From: a virus
Length of the DNA: 64,000 nt
Direction: 5' to 3' (one strand)
Virus record (IMG/VR): IMGVR_UViG_3300028127_000003
This document shows, in pieces, positions 1-10,982 of this stretch. A model generated the notes under the pieces. It did no database searches. It saw nothing but the letters and a program-made list of their open reading frames with translations, and was not told the DNA's origin. Within the stretch, counting starts at the first letter, position 1. Each line of letters starts with the position of its first letter. The translations under genes were made by a program, and so were the position numbers.

Positions 1-1291
1 CCTTTGTATATCCTTCAAAGTATCTTACTTTAATATCCATTCTAAAATATTGTGGGGAAGGATCTACTATTTTAATTTCAGTTGTTACCATCTGTCTTCC
101 TGATTTTTCTAATAATCCCATAATTCCTTCTTTTTCTATTTCAGTAAAAAAGAATTCAGAATTATCTAAGCTAAAATAATCTTTATTGTTTTGTAATTTT
201 TTAAGAGTATTAGGCAACATGAACAGATAGATAACATTATCATCGTCTAAATATCCATCATCTGTAGTGTTATATGCATCTAAATAAGAAAACATACCAT
301 ATCTTGAAAGAAAGTGCTCATAGTTATCAGGAGTTGCTAATACAAATGAATGTGACTGTAATGGGGCAATTAACTTTGTTAATTCAATATCTTCTGGATT
401 TGCTCCCATTTTAGGTGCAACTGTAAATTCAGATTCTAATAATTCATTTAGATCATGCGTATTTCCTAATGAATCTGTTCCTTCAGTTTTGAATTCAAAC
501 GATAAATCAGCTCTACCGTTTAAATTACCCATAGCACCTCCTATTTTTAAATATTCGATTTCAATCGATGCACCTGTTGGAGGAATGTCACCAAATGAAC
601 CATTACCGAAATAAAGATCTAATCCACCTGTAATTCCTGTTTTTACTAAATAACCTTCAGTTCCCTTTTTCATATCATATAAAGAATCATATTTAGTCCA
701 TAAATTAGAATTAACCTTTACTCTAATCTGTCCATGGTCTATCATGCTTTTAGTTATTACATTAAAGGATTGAAAAGATTCTCCAGTTGAGGTTAATGTT
801 TGAGATTCATATTCTCCCTGAATTACAGGAATATAAATATAATTTGCGTTTGATTTTTCTAATCTAAATTGATCATTACTTGTTCTCAGGGTGTATTTAA
901 GACCGTTGTCTTTGCATTCTATAATAGCATTGGATGGAATGTTTAAAGCATCACCAGCAATATCATCTAAACCCTGCACTCCTAATCTAAGCTTTAATTC
1001 ACCTGAAGCGGCAGCTCCTCTAAATGAATCATGTCCTGCTAATCTTGAGAGTCCATATATTGATTCTGGGTTTTGAGCTGTAAGAATATTTTGCTCTACT
1101 GTAGAATCTTCAATGTAGAAGAATATTAATCTTCCTATTTCTGAAATAACGTCTAGGATTTGTGAAAACGGAGAGGCTGTTGTAAATGCACCTTCTACCT
1201 CGCCATATATCCTAGTAATATAGGATCTAATGTCGTCAATCATTTCTCCAGCTTTTATTCTGGAAGTTGATAAAAATTTATTATCTGCCAT
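1..1291 (-). CDS. Baseplate wedge subunit (T4 gp6-like / baseplate J-like), partial, runs off window start
   Basis: Not in ORF track; read manually from ATG at 1291 (MADNKFLSTSRIKAGEMIDDIRSYITRIY...AQNPESIYGLSRLAGHDSFRGAAASG...LDLYFGNGSFGDIPPTGASIEIEYL...VLATPDNYE); open to position 1; directly downstream of gp25-like gene. Confidence 0.75.
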   Translation of the reverse strand, partial: MADNKFLSTSRIKAGEMIDDIRSYITRIYGEVEGAFTTASPFSQILDVISEIGRLIFFYIEDSTVEQNILTAQNPESIYGLSRLAGHDSFRGAAASGELKLRLGVQGLDDIAGDALNIPSNAIIECKDNGLKYTLRTSNDQFRLEKSNANYIYIPVIQGEYESQTLTSTGESFQSFNVITKSMIDHGQIRVKVNSNLWTKYDSLYDMKKGTEGYLVKTGITGGLDLYFGNGSFGDIPPTGASIEIEYLKIGGAMGNLNGRADLSFEFKTEGTDSLGNTHDLNELLESEFTVAPKMGANPEDIELTKLIAPLQSHSFVLATPDNYEHFLSRYGMFSYLDAYNTTDDGYLDDDNVIYLFMLPNTLKKLQNNKDYFSLDNSEFFFTEIEKEGIMGLLEKSGRQMVTTEIKIVDPSPQYFRMDIKVRYFEGYTK

Positions 1292-1308
1292 TTTTATTTT
1301 TAGTTTTA

Positions 1309-1662
1309 TTATACGTAAACTCCAAGTTGATATCTATTATCAATTCTTATATCTACAAACACTGCATGTCTGTCAACTTCTTTTGTGAAATCAACATCAA
1401 CAGTTACGTTAAATTTTCTAGCTAAAGGAACATATTTATAAATCTGTTCTGCAACTACTTTTTTTAATAAATAGTCATTATAACTTAATGAATATACATA
1501 GTCTTCTAAATTAGCTCCGAATTCAGGATCACCTAAAACATCTCCTCTTCTCGTAAAAAGAACAGTTTCTATCTGCGTCATCAACCTAGCTAATTCAGAA
1601 CTAATTTCTAATTTGCTTGGATCGAATCCAGGATCTCCTTTTGCTTTTATATAAAACTCCAT
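1309..1662 (-). CDS. Baseplate wedge protein, gp25/GPW-like
   Basis: IETVLFTRRGDVLGDPEFGANLEDYVY matches the gp25 family pattern; 117 aa; baseplate context. Confidence 0.8.
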   Translation of the reverse strand: MEFYIKAKGDPGFDPSKLEISSELARLMTQIETVLFTRRGDVLGDPEFGANLEDYVYSLSYNDYLLKKVVAEQIYKYVPLARKFNVTVDVDFTKEVDRHAVFVDIRIDNRYQLGVYV

Positions 1663-1678
1663 TTAACTATATATTCTA

Positions 1679-2512
1679 TTAAGAATGCATCATCCAATCG
1701 GTGCCTTCATCTGTTTTTATTTCTTCAATCACTGCTTCCAGTTCTCCTTCACCTAAACCCTGAATTGCGTCTGCATTGACTTCAATATTTCCAGGTAAAG
1801 CAAAACCAAATATACTTAACTTTTGTCCTAATGAAATTTTAATCTTTGCAGCACAATATCTAAAGAATGCTTCATCTTCAAATAATGCACACTCTGGAAT
1901 TGTTTCATATACTTCTAATATAATATCTCTGTTAGGGGTTTCTCCAGTAAATTTAATCTCATGTGTTAGTTGGTTATAGTGATAGCCAATGGGGTTTTCT
2001 AGAATTTGTCTAGCCATATCAAAGAAACTTTCATTAACCACATAATATTGAAGGTTCTCTGCGGCATCTACTACACCATCTCCACTGAACATTCCAGTAT
2101 ACATCATTCTTTCGATAGCAAAATCACCTTGTGAAAATCTAATATCTGTTCCACCTGCATACTTTGATCCAGTTTCAAAACATCCATATACTGAATAAAC
2201 TTCTCCACCACCTGTAACTGGATCCATCTTTGGAAGAGTAAAGCATCTTCTAGATTTAAAAAGATTAGACTTAAAAAGTTCTTTAGGTAAAACCATAAAG
2301 TTTTCTTTCATCGAATACTCGTAATTTTTATAGAACCATTTCTTTGCTCTCTTGACAATATTCTCTACTTCTGATTTTGGAAGATTCATAGGAATCATAC
2401 AAGACCCTGTTACTTCCGATGCCAACTCATTTACAAAGTCGTTAAAGCATTTATTATCATCCCATGTAGGTTTATCTAAGTGGCTATTATTACCTATTAT
2501 ATTATCACTCAT
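1679..2512 (-). CDS. Neck/head-completion protein, T4 gp13-like
   Basis: N-terminal 'EVENIVKRAKKWFYKNY' and C-terminal 'LGQKLSIFGFALPGNIEVNADAIQGLGEGELEAVIEEI' resemble gp13 termini; size 277 aa. Confidence 0.65.
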   Translation of the reverse strand: MSDNIIGNNSHLDKPTWDDNKCFNDFVNELASEVTGSCMIPMNLPKSEVENIVKRAKKWFYKNYEYSMKENFMVLPKELFKSNLFKSRRCFTLPKMDPVTGGGEVYSVYGCFETGSKYAGGTDIRFSQGDFAIERMMYTGMFSGDGVVDAAENLQYYVVNESFFDMARQILENPIGYHYNQLTHEIKFTGETPNRDIILEVYETIPECALFEDEAFFRYCAAKIKISLGQKLSIFGFALPGNIEVNADAIQGLGEGELEAVIEEIKTDEGTDWMMHS

Positions 2513-2528
2513 TTTGTTTTAGTTATTT

Positions 2529-3824
2529 TTAAACTTCCGTATAAAGTATTTTTTCAGTGTTGTCAAACTTTGCAGTTCTTTTATCGTATTTACCGTCTCT
2601 AAATATACCTCCTTGCATCGTCCCTTTCATTATTCCATTTCCGTATATGTAACAGTCTTTTAATACACAAGACTGGTGAACGTATGAACTTTCTAATTTA
2701 GATGAATTAACCTGTGTAGATTGATAGAAATTACACGTATGTATGTCAGATCCATTTATGTCACATCCGAAGAAATCACAATTTGTGAATTCTCCTCTCA
2801 AAGAACATCTTACAAATTCATATCCTTCTAATTCTACACAATATGATAAGTTACCATGATCAACTTGAATTACACCATTGTCGGCATCATAGTTAATATG
2901 CCCTTTTGTTAATTCACCATGTGTAAATAATCTAAGAACTCTTTCTCTAATATTAGGCCAGTGTAAATCTATTATCTTTTCATTGTCATTTAAATCAACC
3001 GTTAATTTAACATCTTGATTCCAACCTGTATTAATGGTTTTCCAATCTTTTCTAGCCTTTATAACTCTTTCATTCTTAGCAAGAATTTTTCTAAGCTCTA
3101 TTGAATTAAGATTGTTAAATTGAACATTACCCGTGCTATTCCATAGTTGAGTTATAAAAAGATCTAGCATTTGTAGAATCTTAGAAGTTTTCTTTTCCCA
3201 ATCTTTTCCACCGAGATATCTAAATTCTAAATAATTCTTATGTCTTTTTTCAAAGTTAATTCCGTAATATTTAGAATCAGGATATATGAAATTACTAGGA
3301 GTAATATTTAATCCATCATAGAAATAAGTATCTGACTTAGGTAAAACGAATTTAATTGATTTTGCGTATGCAGAATCTTTTCTTTCAGGAAAAAACTTAA
3401 AGACTTGACTTTCTTTAAAATCTAAAATAAATTTAAGAACATTCATCTTAGATATTCTATGTTTATTTTCTATTTTATCTGTATCGAAAGAAAGGTTTAA
3501 GTGAATAGAACTTCTATCATTCGTATATCCATTTTCTTCTATCCATTTACATACTTTAATAATCATCATCCTTGCAGCATAATACGGCTGTGCGCCTGTT
3601 ACGAGTTCCATTAGTTTTTCACCACCTGACATATCAGGTTCAATTTTAAACTCATCTCTTGTAACTTCAAAATCACTATGCGCCTTTGCTTCTACTCTAA
3701 TCTTTTTACCTAAAAGACCCGCTAACTCTTTAGCAGTCGTATCGATATCCTTGTTAGAATAAAATTCAAATTCAACACCTACCAGTGCATTCTTTAATAT
3801 GTCTGAATTATTAATATTATTCAT
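2529..3824 (-). CDS. Putative amidoligase (COOH-NH2 ligase type 2) with C-terminal pentapeptide-like beta-repeat region
   Basis: GVEFEF, IEPDMS..MELVT, TNDRSSIHLNLS, KYYGINF, LEFRYLGG motifs; C-terminal Cys/Phe/Ile 5-residue periodicity. Confidence 0.7.
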   Translation of the reverse strand: MNNINNSDILKNALVGVEFEFYSNKDIDTTAKELAGLLGKKIRVEAKAHSDFEVTRDEFKIEPDMSGGEKLMELVTGAQPYYAARMMIIKVCKWIEENGYTNDRSSIHLNLSFDTDKIENKHRISKMNVLKFILDFKESQVFKFFPERKDSAYAKSIKFVLPKSDTYFYDGLNITPSNFIYPDSKYYGINFEKRHKNYLEFRYLGGKDWEKKTSKILQMLDLFITQLWNSTGNVQFNNLNSIELRKILAKNERVIKARKDWKTINTGWNQDVKLTVDLNDNEKIIDLHWPNIRERVLRLFTHGELTKGHINYDADNGVIQVDHGNLSYCVELEGYEFVRCSLRGEFTNCDFFGCDINGSDIHTCNFYQSTQVNSSKLESSYVHQSCVLKDCYIYGNGIMKGTMQGGIFRDGKYDKRTAKFDNTEKILYTEV

Positions 3825-3885
3825 TTACGTAATTATATAACTTAAGTTGGTTTATATATCTCTGTTAGATACACTATAACGTGAA

Positions 3886-3910
3886 AAAGCCCGAGTGATC
3901 GGGCTCTTTC
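3886..3910 (-). terminator. Rho-independent terminator after S1 gene
   Basis: AGCCCGA-GTGA-TCGGGCT hairpin with A-run (U-tract on minus strand). Confidence 0.75.
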
Positions 3911-3929
3911 AACTAAATTATAGATTTGA

Positions 3930-5258
3930 TTATAGTTTAAGGAATACTTTTCTAGTGTCTTCTTCAACTCTGATCACTTGAACAGTAATATCTGCACCTT
4001 TTGATATGTCTTTAATATCTATGTTTTCAGGGAATTCAGATACATGTAAGAGTCCTACTACACCTTCTTCTATTTCTACAAATAAACCATAGTCTTTAGT
4101 AGATTTTACCTTTCCTACCACTTCAGTTTTCTTAGTATATCTTGAAGAAATACCTTCCCATGGATCTACTTTCTTTTCAGCAGGAGAACCTTGAACAAGT
4201 GTAATTTTTCTTTCATTAATAACTTCTTTAACATAGAATTTAATCTCTGTTCCTGGCTCTAAAGATCTATCTCTATGTGCCTTTGAAGTTTCAGTATCTA
4301 AGTCGTTAACGTGAATCATACCAGTTAAACATCCTTCAAACTCAACGAATACGCCGTATTTTGCAGAACCAGTAACGTGACCTGTTCTTTCAACTGTAAT
4401 ATCTTCTTGTATTGTTTTGAGTGTATTAGGAATAAGAGCTCTTAAATATGCTCTATGTGAAACTACCACAGTTCCTTTTTCTTCCGAATAACTTACAGGT
4501 ACTACATACATTTCCGTGTCGATGATTGATTCAAAGTCATGCAATTTATTTACACCAGCTAAAGAACCTGGCATAAAGCAATCAATTCCTTGAACTTGAA
4601 CAATATATCCTCCACCTGGAATCATTTTAGAAACAATACCACTATATGCTGTATTTCCATCGTCAATAGATGCTACGATTTCTTTAATAACTTTAGTCTT
4701 AAGACCTTCAGTCACAGAACCTATCATATATTTCTTGACATTCATTGAAGTATCGGCGATCAATTGAACATCGACTTCAACTCCTTGTTTTAGAAGTTCT
4801 CTTACTTCTGTAGTTTCTCTTGATAAATCTACATAGATTAATTCTCTATATCCTACATCAATTGATGCCCATTCGGAATCAACTGCATACACCTTTCCAG
4901 TATAGCTAGCTCCTAATTGTAAAGAATATAAAGTATTTGAAGTTAGTGAATGACCTTCCATTAGGTCAAATAGTTCTTGGGCGTATGATTCTCTGCTATA
5001 TACCTTTACACCTTTAGGTGTTTTAATATGTGGATTGGGTTTCCTAAGCTTAGTTACACATGTTGCCTCATATTGGTCCCACATGAATTCTCCGTTTTCA
5101 TCCATATAATTTGTATCTGGACCGGGAGTTGGTTTTTCCGGGGTTGCGGCGTTTAATGAAGTTTCTACTTTAACTTCTGTTTCTTGGTTAGCTTCTGTAA
5201 GCTGTGTAGTTGTCGAGAGTCTTGGTCTCTTTTGTTTTTGAGTTGTCTTTGTTGACAT
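3930..5258 (-). CDS. rpsA: Ribosomal protein bS1 homolog (four S1/OB domains plus N-terminal extension)
   Basis: Repeated S1 domains (GKVYAVDSEWASIDVG; GIVSKMIPGGGYIVQVQGIDCFMPGS; GHVTGSAKYGVFVEFEGCLTGMIHVNDL; GKVKSTKDYGLFVEIEEGVVGLLHVSEF). Confidence 0.85.
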   Translation of the reverse strand: MSTKTTQKQKRPRLSTTTQLTEANQETEVKVETSLNAATPEKPTPGPDTNYMDENGEFMWDQYEATCVTKLRKPNPHIKTPKGVKVYSRESYAQELFDLMEGHSLTSNTLYSLQLGASYTGKVYAVDSEWASIDVGYRELIYVDLSRETTEVRELLKQGVEVDVQLIADTSMNVKKYMIGSVTEGLKTKVIKEIVASIDDGNTAYSGIVSKMIPGGGYIVQVQGIDCFMPGSLAGVNKLHDFESIIDTEMYVVPVSYSEEKGTVVVSHRAYLRALIPNTLKTIQEDITVERTGHVTGSAKYGVFVEFEGCLTGMIHVNDLDTETSKAHRDRSLEPGTEIKFYVKEVINERKITLVQGSPAEKKVDPWEGISSRYTKKTEVVGKVKSTKDYGLFVEIEEGVVGLLHVSEFPENIDIKDISKGADITVQVIRVEEDTRKVFLKL

Positions 5259-5305
5259 TTACTTTGTTTTTTAAAAGGGTTAATGTATGTTTTACTAGTT
5301 ATATA

Positions 5306-7024
5306 TCAAATTACGGTGGCGTCAAATCCTATCATTGGAACGTAAGGAACAGTAGGAACTGGTATACCACCCATATAAATAAATTTCATTTCACTAAGAT
5401 GCGTAAAATAAGAATATGCAAGTGCTTTAGCCACTGCATTGGCTGCACCTTCCCTATCTAATCCATAATCTTTACCTGAATTAAGAGCTCTTCTTAAATT
5501 ATCTGCTAATTTCCTTTGATTTCCGTAACTAACTCCTATGTATTTTCCGCCTAAAGGAGGAACAGATAAACATGGTGGTGTCGGGGGATCAGTTGCAAAT
5601 GGCTGTATTGTTGCATCTTTCCAATATTTAAGAGTTGCCTTTGCAAGTTCTTTATATGGATCATCTTTACTTCCACCTTCTGCTAACATTGCAGCTTCAA
5701 TTCCCATTTCTACTATTAAAGTATTTCTAATTTGCTTAGCTAAAGTTCCCGTTTTAGACATATCTATATTCACAATAGAATCCTGTGTTTCGTCGTTTTC
5801 AGTAAGAGGACATCCTTGCCATTTTTTTCTTAATTCATCTTCTAGAAAAACGGGTTTAACTTTATTTTTTTTAAAACCATAGTCTTGTTTACCGTTCCAT
5901 GTAAATTCTGTAATAACATACTGAGTTAATGCAGGTGGCATTTTATTATTTTCATCAAAAGGCTCCTGTATTTTTAAATTAGTTAATTTAAATGGATATC
6001 TTACTTTTAATTTTTCGGCAGGTTCCATTTCTTCATATCCTACGGGTAATGTAGTATCAAAGGGCCATGGATATTTAATAGCTTGTATAGAATCTTTCTT
6101 TAATGCGGTTTCCTCACTGTATAAAAACTTTCCATCGCTATCTACAGTTGGATGGCACTTCTTTATTTCATCAATTACATATTTAGAAACTAGTAGATGA
6201 AATTCACCATCATAATTTCTATTATTATTATTTATTGAAACACCCGAGGAAGATTTAAATGATTGCCAACCCCAGTCTAATCCCTTTAGTGTAGATATGG
6301 CTGCCTTCCTGTTATTGTTCATCTGCTGAATGTCTTGATTACTAAATCCTGAACCGCCAACCCCAGCTGTGGAATTGCTTCTAATTTCATTAGTTCCCAT
6401 CCAAGTCGCCCAGTGCCAAAAATCCCATCTTTTATCTCCGTCAGAAATATCCTCAAATTGCATTAATAATCTTGTTGCAAATATTCTAGCTAATTCATCG
6501 CCGGTTTCTTTACCATCTAAGCGATGAAACTCGAAGAATTTAAATCTATATAGGTTTTCTGCTTCGTCATCCTTAAACTCTTCCAGATACTTGTCAAGCT
6601 CTTCAGTTGGCTCGTATTGTATACCTCCTGAAATTTCACCTTCTAGTTTATTATATTCAGGATCATTGTCTTTTCCTGCAATACTTAACCTGGAAGCTGC
6701 GCCAGCTGCACTCGCCAACCATGTTGCAATTCCTATTTTCTTTTCTTCGGTGTCTGGTGTTTCCATGACAGGTTCTCCTTTTTCAAAAAGGTCAGTGAAC
6801 CAATGTTCATAGCTTGCTATGAATGCACTCTCCCCGGGTGATGATTCATGAGGTGCCATTCCTGGAATACACGTTGCATTAGGACCAGAACCTTTTTTAA
6901 CATCAATCGTATATTGTGTGGCTAATAATTTACCGAATTCTGCGGCACTAGTCGGTGGGGCAGTAGGTGCGCTTAAAAGAAATCCTTCTACTTCACTAAT
7001 AAAATTAGTCCAATCTGCAGCCAT
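5306..7024 (-). CDS. Hypothetical protein, probably baseplate-associated structural
   Basis: 572-aa ORF directly downstream of gp5-like spike gene; no recognised motif. Confidence 0.45.
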   Translation of the reverse strand: MAADWTNFISEVEGFLLSAPTAPPTSAAEFGKLLATQYTIDVKKGSGPNATCIPGMAPHESSPGESAFIASYEHWFTDLFEKGEPVMETPDTEEKKIGIATWLASAAGAASRLSIAGKDNDPEYNKLEGEISGGIQYEPTEELDKYLEEFKDDEAENLYRFKFFEFHRLDGKETGDELARIFATRLLMQFEDISDGDKRWDFWHWATWMGTNEIRSNSTAGVGGSGFSNQDIQQMNNNRKAAISTLKGLDWGWQSFKSSSGVSINNNNRNYDGEFHLLVSKYVIDEIKKCHPTVDSDGKFLYSEETALKKDSIQAIKYPWPFDTTLPVGYEEMEPAEKLKVRYPFKLTNLKIQEPFDENNKMPPALTQYVITEFTWNGKQDYGFKKNKVKPVFLEDELRKKWQGCPLTENDETQDSIVNIDMSKTGTLAKQIRNTLIVEMGIEAAMLAEGGSKDDPYKELAKATLKYWKDATIQPFATDPPTPPCLSVPPLGGKYIGVSYGNQRKLADNLRRALNSGKDYGLDREGAANAVAKALAYSYFTHLSEMKFIYMGGIPVPTVPYVPMIGFDATVI

Positions 7025-7026
7025 TC

Positions 7027-7752
7027 TTATTTATTTTCTTGTTGATAATCAGGGTGTTTACTTTTCAAAGATGCAACACCCGATGGGGTAGGAGGTAATG
7101 AAACCGCAGTTCCTGATGGACCAACTCCGGTTGGATGTATATGGTTTTCAAAAAGAGTTAAATACTCGTCTAACCATGCTTCTAGTGATTTACCCCTTAC
7201 AGCGGGTTCTGAAGTATCTTCTCCACTTTCACCTGTATTACTTAAATATACGTCTCCTGAATCTATGAATATTCTATCGTCCGTAGAAATTTTAATATCA
7301 CCTACTTCGTCGATTTGAATTATAGGTCTTTCTTTTGCGCCAAATCCTCTGGTAATTACAAGACCATCTTCTTCTGAGTGATAAATTCTTACGTTTCTTT
7401 CAGCATCATACACTAAACTGATTACATTTTCAGCATTGCCTGCACCATCTAAAATATCTTCTTTAAGAAAAAGATTCTGCTCTATTTGAAACCAATATTC
7501 AGGATGATATAAATTTCCATTATCAAATCTAGCTGAAACTATATCCCCTATTCTTGGAACATGATGTGAACCTACTGCATTTCTATTCATAGGAGTTGCC
7601 CATGGAATAGCATCATCCGGTAAATTATCATATTTACCCAGGACCTTAACCTTACATCTACCTAGTTTAAGAGGATCGACATTATCGATAACTTCTCCTA
7701 ACCAATGAGTGTCTCTAAGATTATCAGTATTTAATTCTTTTTCTGTTGACAT
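7027..7752 (-). CDS. Baseplate central spike, gp5/VgrG-like OB-fold (no lysozyme domain)
   Basis: WLGEVIDNVDPLKLGRCKVKV...IPWATPM...VPRIGDIVSARFDNGNLYHPEY; C-terminal HIHP metal-binding tip motif. Confidence 0.8.
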   Translation of the reverse strand: MSTEKELNTDNLRDTHWLGEVIDNVDPLKLGRCKVKVLGKYDNLPDDAIPWATPMNRNAVGSHHVPRIGDIVSARFDNGNLYHPEYWFQIEQNLFLKEDILDGAGNAENVISLVYDAERNVRIYHSEEDGLVITRGFGAKERPIIQIDEVGDIKISTDDRIFIDSGDVYLSNTGESGEDTSEPAVRGKSLEAWLDEYLTLFENHIHPTGVGPSGTAVSLPPTPSGVASLKSKHPDYQQENK

Positions 7753-7755
7753 ATA

Positions 7756-9012
7756 TTAATCGTTTATATTACCAAGGGATTGGGCTGCTGCATCGTTTAG
7801 TGCAGCTCCTACTGTCGCACTAGTATCTACATTAAATACATTCTCTGCGATGTTAGAACCAATATTATCTACTCCATCAGAAACACCTCGTAAGGCGTCT
7901 TGATATATGTTTTCAAAATTAGGAACTCTACCTCTAATACCGTCCCTTGCACCTTGAACTAATTCATCTTTCTTTTCTCTTGCTAATCTGTTCAGGTCGT
8001 TTAAACCTCTTTCTCCTATTTCTTTAAGTTTAGCTAGCGCCTTATCTTTTAAAAGACCTAATATCCCATCAGCTTCATAATTTTCAGAATCATGTGCTGG
8101 GGATAATGCGTTAGGTATAGTATCAGAAACAATTCCATTTAATACTCTTGCATCCATACTATCTACAACTTCATATTGCATTTCAATAGTTTGTCTAGCC
8201 TGTTCGCCTGGATTTTTAGTAAGATCTCCAAATATTTCAGAACCTGTGTTTAAGGCAAATTCACATTCACCGAATCTAAACATAAAGAAGGGTCTATTGT
8301 CAGATCCTGATATACCTTTGTTTGAATTATCAACTCCTAGGCTTGGTTTCATATTTCCAGGAAAACCCTTAATAGCAGCCAAGTCTATCTTTTTAGGAAC
8401 CCCTGATAATGTAATTTTAGACATGTTTTGGATCTTTCTAACCTCAGTAACATATACTATCATTGAAAACTTTCTTAAATTTTCAGGTAAAATCCAATTC
8501 CATTTAACTTCGTCAAACACTGCTTTTCTATAAAGGTGCATAAGACCAGAAACTCTAAGGTTAATAGATTCTAAACAGCTTAGTGTTAACTTAGCATCAT
8601 CGCCTCCGTAATATGGAGTAGTAGGATTAAAATTTGTAATTGCTCTATCAACACCCTGTAATCCTTGGAAAAACCACGGTGTATTTCTATTTATGTCTAG
8701 TAATGCCTTTTTAAATTTAACTAGAGCATCTAATCTTTCTTCATAGAATTTAGTTGATCCCGCAGAAGCACTTGAACTAAGTGCAGATAATCTATTAGTG
8801 TCTTTGCTACTTTTTTTAGCTGACTCCGGCGGCTTTTTTGTAGCTCCTAATTGATTAACGTAGAATTCTTCGGCCGCTCCAGATAATAGAGGCGAATTAG
8901 TATGATCGCTTACGTTAAATAATATAACAAACGATAAAAAAGTCGGATCCTGATATGGCGACTGTGCTAATTTACCTTTTTGAAAATCTAATTTACTTTT
9001 AAAATCTGACAT
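7756..9012 (-). CDS. Putative tail-tube/baseplate protein (tube-initiator-like)
   Basis: Structural module context; 'LTLSCLESINLRVSGLMHLYRKAVFD' resembles tube-protein pattern; weak. Confidence 0.4.
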   Translation of the reverse strand: MSDFKSKLDFQKGKLAQSPYQDPTFLSFVILFNVSDHTNSPLLSGAAEEFYVNQLGATKKPPESAKKSSKDTNRLSALSSSASAGSTKFYEERLDALVKFKKALLDINRNTPWFFQGLQGVDRAITNFNPTTPYYGGDDAKLTLSCLESINLRVSGLMHLYRKAVFDEVKWNWILPENLRKFSMIVYVTEVRKIQNMSKITLSGVPKKIDLAAIKGFPGNMKPSLGVDNSNKGISGSDNRPFFMFRFGECEFALNTGSEIFGDLTKNPGEQARQTIEMQYEVVDSMDARVLNGIVSDTIPNALSPAHDSENYEADGILGLLKDKALAKLKEIGERGLNDLNRLAREKKDELVQGARDGIRGRVPNFENIYQDALRGVSDGVDNIGSNIAENVFNVDTSATVGAALNDAAAQSLGNIND

Positions 9013-9043
9013 ATAGTATATATTATTATTTGATAGGGTTTAA

Positions 9044-10522
9044 TTATCCTTTAACGTTATTTAATCTACTCGGCCATTCTCTTCTTAATAGAGTAAGTTT
9101 TTGAATAATTCCAGTAGACTCCTTATATATGTATTTAATTCCACCTATTACATAATAACCTGTTAAAAATTCATCTTTAACCTGATCTGCGTTTAAATCA
9201 TTTACGCTTTCAACTTCTTCTTCATTTTCTGTTTCAAATCCCTTTTCATCTTTATCGCCACCTATACCCTGCTGTGCAGTCATTTGTGTAAACCCACTTT
9301 TTAATATTTGAATAGGTATTTTTTGCCACAAATGAATTCCAGGATTAAATGTCTTTAAGGTTATTTCTAACTGCATTTTATTCATTTCATCTAAATTCTG
9401 TTGATTGCTTAATGCGGCAAATGAATAGTTAAGATGTACATTTGGCATATCATCTGATTGAATAGGGAGCCTTCCCATGTATTTTGATTTTACCTCTTTA
9501 GTATATCTGTCTTCATCTCTTCTTCCCTTTAGCGGCTCCTCAATGTCCTTCATACTATCACTAGCGAGTGGTTCTATTTCATGAGCAACAACACCAACAG
9601 AGTCGTTCTCAAAATATATCATTTTTCTTTTATAGCCGTTCTTTTTAGAAAGTCCGCCTGAATTGTTAACTAAGTTATAGCTTTGTATGAATGAATTAGT
9701 AGAATTCATAGACGAAGCGTTAGTTAGCATGTTAGGTATTCCTATTGCGTTTGAAGTCTGTTCTTCTCCATCTTCATCGAAATCTATTTCAAAGTTAATA
9801 AGTGTTTCATCCATTCCATCTTCTGAATTTAAAAGAGCATTAATATCTACGAAACATATATTATAATAAGGATCGATACAATATGTCTGAAAACTATCTT
9901 CACCGACATATGAATGTTCCACTAAATTATTTAAAAATTCTATATTAGGTTGACATGCATTAAGTGCTTTCATTGCGTCATCCGATGAATCAATGTTAGT
10001 TGCTAATCCTAGTTTTAAATTATTAGCAAATTCTTCTATCTGTTCTCTAGATGTTCCTTCATACGAAGCACATCCTTCTGAATATAATGTAGGTACTTTC
10101 ATCGTACCCTGTATAGAAAATTTAGTGCCACTAGTGGCTTTTTTCAAATCGCCAGTAGCAGGGCCTCCTATTTCATCTATATCAAAATCTATTCTAATAT
10201 CTTTAAAAGTGTCTTGTTGTCTTGCTGCAATTCTAACTGAAACGACATCACCATCTCTTGGAATTTGATCCGCATCAAAGGTTCCTCTAGTGTCTATTAT
10301 AGTTAGGGCTAATTTAGGAATTTTAGTACTACAATCAATTTCAAATCTCTTAACATCTTGTCCCGTAAATGAAGCTCCATTAATAACTACCATTGGAATA
10401 GGACCTCCTATTTCATGGCTCATTTTCTGTCCACCCTCATCTTCACCATGTGCATCAAACTTTATTGTGTCTAATTCCAATGAGTGTTCTATTACATTTA
10501 GAATGTGATTATCTATCGGCAT
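9044..10522 (-). CDS. Putative baseplate hub protein (gp27/gpD-like)
   Basis: 492 aa upstream of spike; ends with 'GYYVIGGIKYIY...IIQKLTLLRREW', typical of hub proteins. Confidence 0.55.
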   Translation of the reverse strand: MPIDNHILNVIEHSLELDTIKFDAHGEDEGGQKMSHEIGGPIPMVVINGASFTGQDVKRFEIDCSTKIPKLALTIIDTRGTFDADQIPRDGDVVSVRIAARQQDTFKDIRIDFDIDEIGGPATGDLKKATSGTKFSIQGTMKVPTLYSEGCASYEGTSREQIEEFANNLKLGLATNIDSSDDAMKALNACQPNIEFLNNLVEHSYVGEDSFQTYCIDPYYNICFVDINALLNSEDGMDETLINFEIDFDEDGEEQTSNAIGIPNMLTNASSMNSTNSFIQSYNLVNNSGGLSKKNGYKRKMIYFENDSVGVVAHEIEPLASDSMKDIEEPLKGRRDEDRYTKEVKSKYMGRLPIQSDDMPNVHLNYSFAALSNQQNLDEMNKMQLEITLKTFNPGIHLWQKIPIQILKSGFTQMTAQQGIGGDKDEKGFETENEEEVESVNDLNADQVKDEFLTGYYVIGGIKYIYKESTGIIQKLTLLRREWPSRLNNVKG

Positions 10523-10533
10523 TTATTTTAGTT

Positions 10534-10959
10534 TTAATATGTGGGTTTGTTAATGATCTTCTTTTTAACGAGGATATCTACAAAATCTCTAAAGTCCATT
10601 CCTACCTTAGCTCCTTTAACGTCTTTATCACCTTCAACGAATACGCCACCATCAAAATAGTAACTCTTTCCATTATCGGCTGCTACTTTAATTAAAGTAC
10701 CTAACATAACCTTTCCAGGAACTCTTACCTTAGAACCATGTAAAGCTTTTACGGAATCTTTGTTCCATTTGCTTAAATACATTTCTTCTCCAGTTGTACT
10801 TCCACCAGCTACCATTCCACCGGCTGCCGTTAATGCTTCACCTTCGGGTGTGTCTCTTTCAGCATAAAGAACTGCGATGATTTCTTTTGCTAGATCTTGG
10901 TCTCTTCCGACCTTTAATCCCTCGTTAAGGAACTGTTCAAATAATTGTACGTGTTTCAT
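10534..10959 (-). CDS. Hypothetical virion protein with shared N-terminal leader (MKHVQLFEQFLNE)
   Basis: Leader shared with six other ORFs in window. Confidence 0.55.
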   Translation of the reverse strand: MKHVQLFEQFLNEGLKVGRDQDLAKEIIAVLYAERDTPEGEALTAAGGMVAGGSTTGEEMYLSKWNKDSVKALHGSKVRVPGKVMLGTLIKVAADNGKSYYFDGGVFVEGDKDVKGAKVGMDFRDFVDILVKKKIINKPTY

Positions 10960-10982
10960 AATTGTTTTTATTTATTTTATTC